64,000 nucleotides of DNA from Candidatus Eiseniibacteriota bacterium. Lineage in GTDB: Bacteria > Eisenbacteria > RBG-16-71-46. The position numbers were made by a program, and so were the translations under genes. Under the pieces are notes generated by a model. That model was not told the origin of the DNA and made no database searches. It was given only the letters and a program-made list of their open reading frames with translations. The stretch lies in the NCBI GenBank assembly GCA_044222065.1, contig JBGAOA010000007.1, forward strand, positions 1 to 64,000, given 5' to 3'. Of the stretch, positions 56,336 through 64,000 are shown one piece after another (positions within the stretch are counted from its first letter, which is position 1; each line of letters begins with the position of its first letter).

Positions 56336-58948
56336 TCAGCGCACGCGCACGACGCGAGCGTGCGCGAGCGTGCGGCCGTCGGCGATGAGCCGTGCGAAGT
56401 AGAGCCCCGCCGCGACGCGCGCCGGAATCGCCGCCGCGAGTTCGCGCGCGCCCGCGGGCGCGGGACCGCGCCACAGCGAGGCGACGCGGCGGCCCTGCAC
56501 GTCGTAGAGCGCCCAGTCGAGGTCGCGCACGCCGGCTCCGAGCGCGAGCGACAGACGCAGCCGGTCGCGCGCGGGGTTCGGCCACGGTGCGCCGACCGCC
56601 GCGCGCGGCGCGGATGGCTCGACGTCGAGCGCCTCGCCGTCCGGGTAGAGCACGCGAACGTGGTCCACGAACCAGCCGTCGAGGCCGTAGAAGTCGTCCG
56701 TGAGCATGCGGAAGCGGAAGCGCAGCGGTCCGGCGCCGAACGCGCCGAGGTCCACCGTTTCCGTGCGCCAGCCGTTCGAGACGCCGCTCCAGCACGGCGT
56801 GCCCGTCTCGAACGGGTCGCCGCCGAGGATGAACGTGTGCGTGTAGCCCGCGGCCGGTGTCGCGACGAGCCAGGGGCCGTTGTTCACCGAGACCTCGACG
56901 CGCGCGCCGTCCCACGCGCGCGTCGCGTTCGCCTGCTCGAGCGCGTAGCGGTGGTCGAAACGCAGCCGCGTGCCCGGGACGACGTCGTTGAGGAGCGGCG
57001 AGTAGAGGACGGCGTCGAGGTGCGGCGGATAGACGCCGCCCGGCGCGCCGCACTTCCAGCTCGTGCCGCCCGGAGGCGAGGCGTCCTCGGTCGAGAATCC
57101 CCACGCGTCGCGGTACGACCACCAGTAGGGCAGGTGGAAGAACCCGTCGGCCCCGTTCTCGAAGTCGTGCAGCCGGTCGCGGGTCACGCGCACCGTGTCG
57201 AACGCGGCGTTCGAGTACGCCACGTTGTGCGCGGCCGAGGCGTCGCGCGCGACGAAGCGGTACGTGAAGAACTGCCCGGGCTGGAGGCCCCAGCCGAGGT
57301 CGATCGTGAACGAATCGCGTCCGGCGCGCGTCGTCGGGAAGACGCCGAGCGCGCCGCCGTTCGCGCGCGTCTCGGCCCACACCGTGTCGAGGCCGACGTT
57401 GTCCGTGATGCGCGCGAGCAGCCGCCGCGGCATGGATCCGGACGCGGTTTCGACCTGAACGCGGTGAGTGATCGCGGGCGGCGTCGTGTCGGGGCCGATC
57501 GTGAACGCGTGCGGCGCGAGCGCACCCGCGGGCGGATCGTCGGCCGCGATGCCGGCCGAGTCGGTCGCGGCGTGCAGGTAGTACTCGAACGCGCCGCTCG
57601 CGAACGTCGCGGGGAAGACGGCCGCGAACGAATCCGCGCCCGCGCTCGCGAACGGCACGACGTTCCAGGGCCCGCCGCCCGCCGGCCGCCAGTGGAGCGT
57701 GAGGCCGCCCGCGGGAACCGCGAGCCCGAGCCCTCCGCCCGTGATGCGCACGCGCGCGCCGAGCGGCCGTGGCGCCGCGGCGTTCTCGGAGTCGCCGAGC
57801 GGCGTGTGCGCGATCTCGACGCTCCCCGCGCGCGAGTCGAGCGCCGTGCTCACCGCGCCTCGGTACCACGTCGCCTCGGCGAACCACGTCTCGAAGCGCG
57901 CGCGGAACGACTCGAGCTTCGCGAGATCGGCCGTCGACGGCGGCGCGCCGGGCGGCGTGACGAGCGCAATTCCGAGGCGGAACGCCTTCGGGCTCGTCGC
58001 CGCGTCGGGCACGCGCGGACCTTCCGCGGCGATGACGTCGGACACGTTCCAGGTCGTCTTGCGCCCGTCGGCGCCGAGTCCCACGAACGGATCGGAATGC
58101 ACGACGTAGGTGTTCGGAGGGTTGAAGTCGTGCGGGTCGTTCACGACGAACACGGACGGCGTCTCGAACGCCGGGCGCAGGCCCATCAGGTACTGGTCGA
58201 GCGGCGTGTAGCCGGTCGAGACGCTGTCGGTGACGAACGTGTCGGGGGCGACCTCGCGCCAGCCGCAGCCCTCCATGATCGAGGACTGGTCCGAGAAGAA
58301 ATTCCAGTGCTGCTCGTCGCGGCCGAGCAGCGCCGGCACGCGATCGCCGGCCGAGTCCACGTACACGTAGCTCAGCCACGCGTGCCCGAACTCGTGGCCG
58401 AGCAGGTCCATCGCGGTCATGCCGTTCGCCCACGTCGTCGAATCGGGTTCGTCGAAGTAGCGTTCCAGGCCGTTCATCACGAGCACCGCCTGCAGCCGGC
58501 CGGCGCTGCCCGAGCCGCCGGGGAGGTCGTAGGCCGGCAGCCCGATGCCGGCGACGTCGTTCTTCAAGAGGTACGACGCCGCGAGTGCGCCGGGCGAGCC
58601 GAGCCACACGTTGCTGCCGCTCGTGAAGTAGAACGCGAGTTGGTCGTAGTCGTCGCCGTGGGTGCGGTAGAAGGCGCGCGCCGCGGCGAACACGTCGAAC
58701 AGGCGGTGGCCGACCTTGTCGTTGAAGAACAGCGTGCCGTCGTCCTCGATCACCGCGATCTCGCCGGCGTCGTAGCGCGCGGCCGCGGGCGCGGCGAGAG
58801 CGGCACATCGCGCGCGACGCGCGCCCAGAGAGGGATGCCGTGTTCGCGAGCGAGGCGCTGCACGCGGAGCCCGGGGCCGGGGCGGCGAGCACGTCGCGCG
58901 CGGCGGCGGCCGGCGCCACCGGCGCGGCCGGAGCGCGTCCGCGGGCAC
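56336..58948 (-). CDS. Large secreted zinc-metalloprotease-like protein with FlgD-Ig C-terminus; 5' end apparently frameshifted
   Basis: 'GHEFGHAW', 'HWNFF', 'LDQYLMG', jelly-roll-like 'WDGARVEVS...GWFVDHV', 'WPNP...LYDVQGR...AGLYF'. True start probably near 59043. Confidence 0.75.
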   Translation of the reverse strand: MPADALRPRRWRRPPPRATCSPPRPRAPRAAPRSRTRHPSLGARRARCAALAAPAAARYDAGEIAVIEDDGTLFFNDKVGHRLFDVFAAARAFYRTHGDDYDQLAFYFTSGSNVWLGSPGALAASYLLKNDVAGIGLPAYDLPGGSGSAGRLQAVLVMNGLERYFDEPDSTTWANGMTAMDLLGHEFGHAWLSYVYVDSAGDRVPALLGRDEQHWNFFSDQSSIMEGCGWREVAPDTFVTDSVSTGYTPLDQYLMGLRPAFETPSVFVVNDPHDFNPPNTYVVHSDPFVGLGADGRKTTWNVSDVIAAEGPRVPDAATSPKAFRLGIALVTPPGAPPSTADLAKLESFRARFETWFAEATWYRGAVSTALDSRAGSVEIAHTPLGDSENAAAPRPLGARVRITGGGLGLAVPAGGLTLHWRPAGGGPWNVVPFASAGADSFAAVFPATFASGAFEYYLHAATDSAGIAADDPPAGALAPHAFTIGPDTTPPAITHRVQVETASGSMPRRLLARITDNVGLDTVWAETRANGGALGVFPTTRAGRDSFTIDLGWGLQPGQFFTYRFVARDASAAHNVAYSNAAFDTVRVTRDRLHDFENGADGFFHLPYWWSYRDAWGFSTEDASPPGGTSWKCGAPGGVYPPHLDAVLYSPLLNDVVPGTRLRFDHRYALEQANATRAWDGARVEVSVNNGPWLVATPAAGYTHTFILGGDPFETGTPCWSGVSNGWRTETVDLGAFGAGPLRFRFRMLTDDFYGLDGWFVDHVRVLYPDGEALDVEPSAPRAAVGAPWPNPARDRLRLSLALGAGVRDLDWALYDVQGRRVASLWRGPAPAGARELAAAIPARVAAGLYFARLIADGRTLAHARVVRVR

Positions 58949-59204
58949 CGGCCGGGCGACGGCGAAGCTCGCGGGTCGCGACGAGCGCGAGCGAGACCGG
59001 CAGAGCGAGCGAGCGATTCGGGCGTCGGCGGTGTCCGGTGCATGGCAGTATCGGAGCGGATCGCCGTCCGGGCCACGGTCGATCGCGGACGTCGATCCCG
59101 GCCCGGACGCGTGTGACGGTCACCCGGGTCGCGCATTCGCTGGGTGCCGCCCTCCGGGTGACGCCCGGCCCCACCGCCTCGAATCCGACAGGAAGGAACC
59201 GCCC

Positions 59205-59777
59205 ATGCGACCCCGCTTCGCGCTGCTCGCGCTCGCCGCCACACTGCTCGCCGCCGCTTCGGTTCAGGCCGCCCCTCCGCAAGCGCCGCGACTCGGCCAG
59301 GCCGTCGCGCTGCTCGGCGGCGGCCAGACCGTGCCCTCGGCCTGGGCGGGCGTGTGGCAGAACGTGGATTCGACCTACACGGGCTGCGACGTGCTCGCGC
59401 CGATCGGCACGTCGAACGCGACGGACACGCTCTGCACGGGGCAGACGCTGCTGCCCGACACGACCGGCATCGGTTCGCTGAACTGCAACGGCACCGTCAC
59501 GGACACGCAGGTGGACATCACGTGCACGGGTTCGACCGCGCAGGACAGCTGCACGATCGACTTCACGTACCACATCACGGGAACGCGCACCGGGAACTCG
59601 GCGGTGTTCGTGACGACGCTCGTGCAGCACTACTCGCCGCCGAGCGCGTGCTTCTTCCTGCCCGACCAGTGCATGCGCTTCGTCTCGCGCGGCACGCGCA
59701 TCGCGGCGGAACCGCCGACGTGCGGCACGCCGGCGCGGCGAACGACGTGGGGGACGGTGAAGACGTTGTACCGGTAA
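59205..59777 (+). CDS. Secreted Cys-rich protein ending in TPARRTTWGTVKTLYR
   Basis: GGAAGGA RBS, signal peptide, 8 Cys, conserved-looking C-terminal motif. Confidence 0.78.
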   Translation: MRPRFALLALAATLLAAASVQAAPPQAPRLGQAVALLGGGQTVPSAWAGVWQNVDSTYTGCDVLAPIGTSNATDTLCTGQTLLPDTTGIGSLNCNGTVTDTQVDITCTGSTAQDSCTIDFTYHITGTRTGNSAVFVTTLVQHYSPPSACFFLPDQCMRFVSRGTRIAAEPPTCGTPARRTTWGTVKTLYR

Positions 59778-59954
59778 CGGCGCCCCGCCGTCGCGGAATC
59801 CGTGGGGGCTCGGCCCCGCCGCTGGCGCTCAGACGCCCGCGCGCGGGGCCGGGAATTTCTGTTCGGTTCTCCCAACCGGGCCGTCCAGTGGATTGGGGCC
59901 TCTCCGCGCCTCGCTCCGCCGACAAGACGCTTCCACCCACCCGAGGAGACTCCG

Positions 59955-62309
59955 ATGCTCGACCGCGCGCGCCCTCCTGTTGGTCTGCTCGTCACCCTCG
60001 TGGTGGTCGGCTCACTCGGCCTGCTGCCGGCGCCGCTCGTCCGGGCCGAACCGAGCCCCGAACGCGGCGTGCTCCAGACCGGTCCAGTCGCGATCGCGCG
60101 CACGACGGCCGAGATCATGGCCTCGACCGGCGATGAGGCCGCCGCGCCGCCGCGTCCGGCGCTCGTGATTCCGCGGCCCGGCGCCAACGCGATCGAACCT
60201 GCGCAGGCGGCCCTGGGTTCCGCGTCCGATCCCCTGGCACCGCTCTACCTCACTGGCCCCGCGGACCCGCCCGCGATCTTCTCGCCGCAGACGGTCGCGC
60301 TGGCGTTCAACGGAATGACGCGGGCCGAGATCACGAACTACGTGCCCGACGACATGGGCGCGGTCGGGCCGCAACAGTTCGTCGTGCACGTCTCGGGCCG
60401 CATCCGCACGTTCACGAAGTCCGGCGTCCCCGACGGCGTGCTCGACGTGACGACGGACGCATTCTTCTCGTCCGTCCGCACGCCCGCCGGCGGGGGCGTC
60501 GCGTTCAGCACGACGATCGACCCGCGCATCCGATACGACCGCGCGACGGCGCGCTGGTTCCTGATCATGTCCGAAGCCACGTGTGCGGACGGCGCGTGTT
60601 CCCGGCTCACGCCCAATCGCCTGCTCGTCGCCGTGAGCGACGCCGCGAGTGCGGGGGTGATCTCGCCCGCGACCGTGTGGAGGTTCTTCTACCTCTCCGC
60701 CGACGCCACGGCCTTCAGCGACACGCCCACGCTCGGTGTGGACGCGCTCGCGCTGTACGTCGGCGTGGACGCCTTTGGCGTGTCCCCGGCGAGTCCGGCC
60801 TATCTCGGTTCCAACGGCGTCGTGATCCGCAAGAGTTCCATCCTCGGTACGGGGCCGATCGTCTTCACTCGGTTCGAGGACATCACCGGCATCGTGGACG
60901 GTCCCTTGAATCCCGCCGGCGTGGACAACGCCGACCCGGCCGCGAACGAGGGCTATTTCATCGGCCCGAGCCCGTTCAGTTTCGGTCGTCTGTGCCTGCG
61001 GCGAATCAGCGATCCGGGCGGAGTCCCGGCGATCTCCCCGACGATCGCGTTGACCGTTCCGGCGACTTCGCCTCCCTTGTCCGTCCCGTCCTTCGGAACG
61101 TCGACGCGGCTCGCTGCGGGCGACGACCGCCTCGCCGGCGCCACGATGCGCGACGGCGAAGTGTGGACCGCACACTGCATCGCGGTGAACGCGTCCGGCG
61201 TCGCGACCACGAGCACGAGCGTGGGGCGGGACGGGATCCGATGGTATGCGCTGACCGGCATTCGCAGCGTGGACAACGGCGGAGTTCCCGCGGTCGTCCA
61301 GAGCGGGACGATCTTCGATCCGTCCGCCACGACGTCGAACGCGCGCCAGCACTGGAATCCTTCGCTCGCGCTGACCGGCCAGCGCCACGCGGCGTTCGGC
61401 TTCACGACCGCCGGCTCCCCGTACTTCGTGAACGCCGCGACCACGGGTCGGCTCGTCTGGGACGCGCCCGGAACGACGCAGGCGCTCTCGCTGATCACGG
61501 CGAGTCCGGGCGCCTTCACTTCGGCGCTCAGCTCGTGGGGCAACTACTCCCACACGTCCGTGGACCCGCTCGACGACATGACGGTGTGGACGATCCAGCA
61601 GTACGCGACCGGGGCGGCGACGTGGGCGTGCCGCGTCGCGAAGTTGCTCGCACCGCCGCCCGCCACACTGTCGGACGTGCCCGCGGTCGCGGCCGGACAC
61701 GCGTCCGTGAGCGTCATCGTGACGGGCATTTCGCTGGGTGGTTCGGCGTTCTTCGATCCCGGACCCAACCTGCCCGCGCCGGCGCTGCCGTACGCGCACG
61801 TGTCCGTGACGCTCGCGCCGAACGGATTCAGCGGTACGCCGCCGGTCGTGAACGCGGTCACGGTGCTCGATCCCACGCACCTGCAGCTCGACCTCAACAC
61901 CGTCGGAGCGACGCCGTCCGACACGAGTTCGGCGTACGACGTGACGGTGACGAACCCCGACGGACAGTCGGTGATCGGCGCGGCGCTCTTGAAGGTGCTG
62001 CCGCCATCGAGCGATGTGGGGGGCGATCGCGCGCTCGCGACCGGCCTGCGCGGGGTTTCGCCCAATCCCGCGCACGGCGACATCCACGTCGCGTTCGCGC
62101 TCGAGCGTGCGGCGCGCGTGCGGGTGAGCGTGCTGGACGTGCAGGGCCGCGAGGTCGCCGTGCTCGACGACGGCGCGCGCAACGCGGGCGAGCACGCTGC
62201 GCGCTGGGACGGACGCCGCGGCGGAGCGCGCGTCGCGGCCGGCGTGTACTTCGTGCGCTTCGTCGCGGACGGCCTCGAGCAGCAGCGCCGACTCGTCGTG
62301 GCGCACTGA
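59955..62309 (+). CDS. Secreted beta-rich protein with FlgD-Ig/T9SS-like C-terminus
   Basis: GAGGAG RBS, signal peptide, 'PDDMGAVGP', 'DPRIRYD', 'WGNYS', 'VTVTNPDG', 'SPNP...VLDVQGR...WDG...AGVYF'. Confidence 0.8.
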   Translation: MLDRARPPVGLLVTLVVVGSLGLLPAPLVRAEPSPERGVLQTGPVAIARTTAEIMASTGDEAAAPPRPALVIPRPGANAIEPAQAALGSASDPLAPLYLTGPADPPAIFSPQTVALAFNGMTRAEITNYVPDDMGAVGPQQFVVHVSGRIRTFTKSGVPDGVLDVTTDAFFSSVRTPAGGGVAFSTTIDPRIRYDRATARWFLIMSEATCADGACSRLTPNRLLVAVSDAASAGVISPATVWRFFYLSADATAFSDTPTLGVDALALYVGVDAFGVSPASPAYLGSNGVVIRKSSILGTGPIVFTRFEDITGIVDGPLNPAGVDNADPAANEGYFIGPSPFSFGRLCLRRISDPGGVPAISPTIALTVPATSPPLSVPSFGTSTRLAAGDDRLAGATMRDGEVWTAHCIAVNASGVATTSTSVGRDGIRWYALTGIRSVDNGGVPAVVQSGTIFDPSATTSNARQHWNPSLALTGQRHAAFGFTTAGSPYFVNAATTGRLVWDAPGTTQALSLITASPGAFTSALSSWGNYSHTSVDPLDDMTVWTIQQYATGAATWACRVAKLLAPPPATLSDVPAVAAGHASVSVIVTGISLGGSAFFDPGPNLPAPALPYAHVSVTLAPNGFSGTPPVVNAVTVLDPTHLQLDLNTVGATPSDTSSAYDVTVTNPDGQSVIGAALLKVLPPSSDVGGDRALATGLRGVSPNPAHGDIHVAFALERAARVRVSVLDVQGREVAVLDDGARNAGEHAARWDGRRGGARVAAGVYFVRFVADGLEQQRRLVVAH

Positions 62310-62325
62310 TCCCCGCGGCCGGCGG

Positions 62326-63783
62326 TCACGGCATCGGCCGCGGGTCGAAGAACGCGTCCTCGGGGGCGCCCGGGTGCGGACGCGAAGGATCGGCGCCGGC
62401 GCGCGCGCGCAGCGCCTGGTACTCGTCCTTCGTCACCCACAGAGTGCTCCGGTGGGTCCACCACGCGGTGAAGTCCGGGAAGTTCGAGAACATCGGCGGT
62501 TCGAGCACCCCCGGGCGCGCGCGCGAGGGCGCGAGCGCCGCACGCATCTCGCGCGCGCGTCGCTCGAGCTCGCGCGACTCGGTCGCGGCCTGCTTGAGCG
62601 CCGGCGCGAGCGACGGCGCGAGCAGCAGCGCCGCCGCGCCGAGGCGCGCGCGCGGCGTGCGCGCCCACGACGGCAGGTGCTGCCACAGCCACGCGAGGCC
62701 CGCCGCGGCGAGCACCGCGAGCGGCGCGAGAAACGGCGCGACGTAGCGTTCGTCGAACAGCGTCACCGTCTGAAGCGCGACCGACAGCGCGAGCAGCGCG
62801 GCCGAGAGCGCGACGAACGGCCGCGCCGCGCGGTCGCGGAACGCGCCGAGCGCGCCGATCACGACGAGCCAGCCCGTGCCGCCGCTCGGCGACATCAGCA
62901 CGCGCTTCACCGCGTGGGGGAAGAGCACGGGCCACTTCGTCGCGGCGAGGTGCGGCAGCTCGGCGCTCAGCACGCCGGGCCAGCGCGCCGGGGTGAGCGC
63001 GAAGTCGCGCATCGGCGACAGCTCGGGGTGCGAGGGCTGGTAGCCGATCATCATGTAGGCCGAGAGGTTGAAGAACGGATTGCCCGTCGCGAGCGCGTGG
63101 TGCGCCCACCACGGCAGCATCGTCGCGACGAACCCGGCGAGCGTGCGCGGCGCGCCGCGTCCCGCCGCGATCGCGACGAGCGGCGCGACGAACAGCCCTT
63201 CCGCGCGCACGAGGCCGAAGAGCCCGAGCGCGAATCCCGCCGCGAGCGGACGCGGGGCGTCGCGCAGCAGCAGGTCGAGCGCCGCGGCGAGCAGTGCGGC
63301 GCCCATCACGATCGACAGGTCGTGGTGCACGCTCGCGAGCAGCAGCGGCGAACCCGTCCACAGCAGCGCCGCGACGAGTCCGGTCGCGGCGCCGAAGCGT
63401 CGCGCCGCGAGCCGGAACGCGAGCCGCGCGCCGTACACCGCGAACGCGGCGGCGACGAAGCGGCCCGCGAACGGCGCGGAATCGCCGAGCACGGCGACGA
63501 ACGGCAGCAGCGCGAGCGAGGGGAGCGGGCCGTGCACGAGCACCGGCACCGTGAGCGCGGCGTCGCGCAGCCCCCAGAGCGGCGGGTGGATCGCGCTCGT
63601 GCGGAACACGCGGCCGGCGAGCAGCTCGCGCGCGGCGAGCGCGTACTCCCACAGGTCGTCGAGCGGGGAGGGCGCGCCGACGCGCAGCACGAGCAGCACG
63701 ACCGCCCAGTAGGCGATCGCGACCGCGGTCACGGCGAGCAGCGCGCGCTGCGTCGTGCGATCGGGGAACTCGGGCGCGGACAC
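62326..63783 (-). CDS. Polytopic membrane protein, GT-C/ArnT-like glycosyltransferase candidate
   Basis: Acidic 'DD..EY' after TM1, 'HGPL', 'LVRAEG', 'GNPFF', 'ERY..P', about 11 TM segments. Confidence 0.6.
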   Translation of the reverse strand: MSAPEFPDRTTQRALLAVTAVAIAYWAVVLLVLRVGAPSPLDDLWEYALAARELLAGRVFRTSAIHPPLWGLRDAALTVPVLVHGPLPSLALLPFVAVLGDSAPFAGRFVAAAFAVYGARLAFRLAARRFGAATGLVAALLWTGSPLLLASVHHDLSIVMGAALLAAALDLLLRDAPRPLAAGFALGLFGLVRAEGLFVAPLVAIAAGRGAPRTLAGFVATMLPWWAHHALATGNPFFNLSAYMMIGYQPSHPELSPMRDFALTPARWPGVLSAELPHLAATKWPVLFPHAVKRVLMSPSGGTGWLVVIGALGAFRDRAARPFVALSAALLALSVALQTVTLFDERYVAPFLAPLAVLAAAGLAWLWQHLPSWARTPRARLGAAALLLAPSLAPALKQAATESRELERRAREMRAALAPSRARPGVLEPPMFSNFPDFTAWWTHRSTLWVTKDEYQALRARAGADPSRPHPGAPEDAFFDPRPMP

Positions 63784-63852
63784 GGCGCGCGACTGTGCCT
63801 GTCCGTGGACAGCGGGTCAACGCTCCCGCTGTGCTAGCGTGTCCGGCCTTCC

Positions 63853-64000
63853 ATGAAGCTCCACGGGTCGCGAATGAAAGCGGTCGTCCTCCAGAGCGAC
63901 GACTGGGGGCTGTGCGCGTGGTCGCCCGACGCCGAGTCGTGGCGCGCGCTGCGCGAGACGCCCGCGTACCAGAGTGCGCCCGGCCGCCGCTACGGCGGTT
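63853..64000 (+). CDS. Partial CDS, possible polysaccharide deacetylase-like protein
   Basis: 'KAVVLQSDDWG' N-terminal motif; runs off the window. Confidence 0.45.
   Translation, partial: MKLHGSRMKAVVLQSDDWGLCAWSPDAESWRALRETPAYQSAPGRRYGG

Noticed and set aside
59918..59925. GCCGACAA (also GCCGAAAC at 7884) as further sigma28 -10 elements
   Set aside because: No TCAAG/TAAA-like -35 element at the 14-15 nt spacing.
1..64000. tRNA, rRNA, CRISPR, IS/integrase, prophage or defence genes
   Set aside because: None recognised by eye; a covariance-model search could still reveal small RNAs.

Overview
High-GC bacterial chromosomal segment (roughly 70-75% GC by eye) that is densely coding. I saw no rRNA, tRNA, CRISPR array or mobile element. 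Several proteins with FlgD-Ig/T9SS-like C-termini, a PorV/PorQ-family barrel, a Bacteroidota-style YebC and a C-terminal 'TWGxxKxxYR' motif suggest an FCB-group organism such as Candidatus Eisenbacteria (inference). Contents in order: two divergent sensor kinases; rsgA and yebC; a large secreted M36-like metalloprotease; a 2-oxoacid:ferredoxin oxidoreductase operon whose delta subunit carries an inserted GltD-like NAD(P) module; phospholipase D; cysteine synthase plus sulfurtransferase; hypF and hypB; a twin aspartyl protease-PDZ protein; GNAT; ypfJ; fabH; a type IVa pilus cluster (pilT-pilB-pilC-pilA-minor pilins-pilMNOPQ, with pilD nearby); divergent from it, FN3 proteins and a PorV-LysM fusion; a 2-oxoacid dehydrogenase operon ending in crcB-DUF190; mntR-mntH with an operator palindrome; a CDF transporter; several secreted proteins; and a GT-C-like membrane protein. 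The most notable signals are non-coding or tiny. (1) A Cys-rich leader peptide with a classical 1:2/2:3/3:4 attenuator lies upstream of cysK-sulfurtransferase. (2) A second leader peptide plus terminator lies upstream of rsgA. (3) There are sigma28-like TCAAG-N14-(G/T)CCGA promoters. (4) The PilT lacks both His-box histidines. Start codons were refined by eye and product names come from motif recognition, not database searches.
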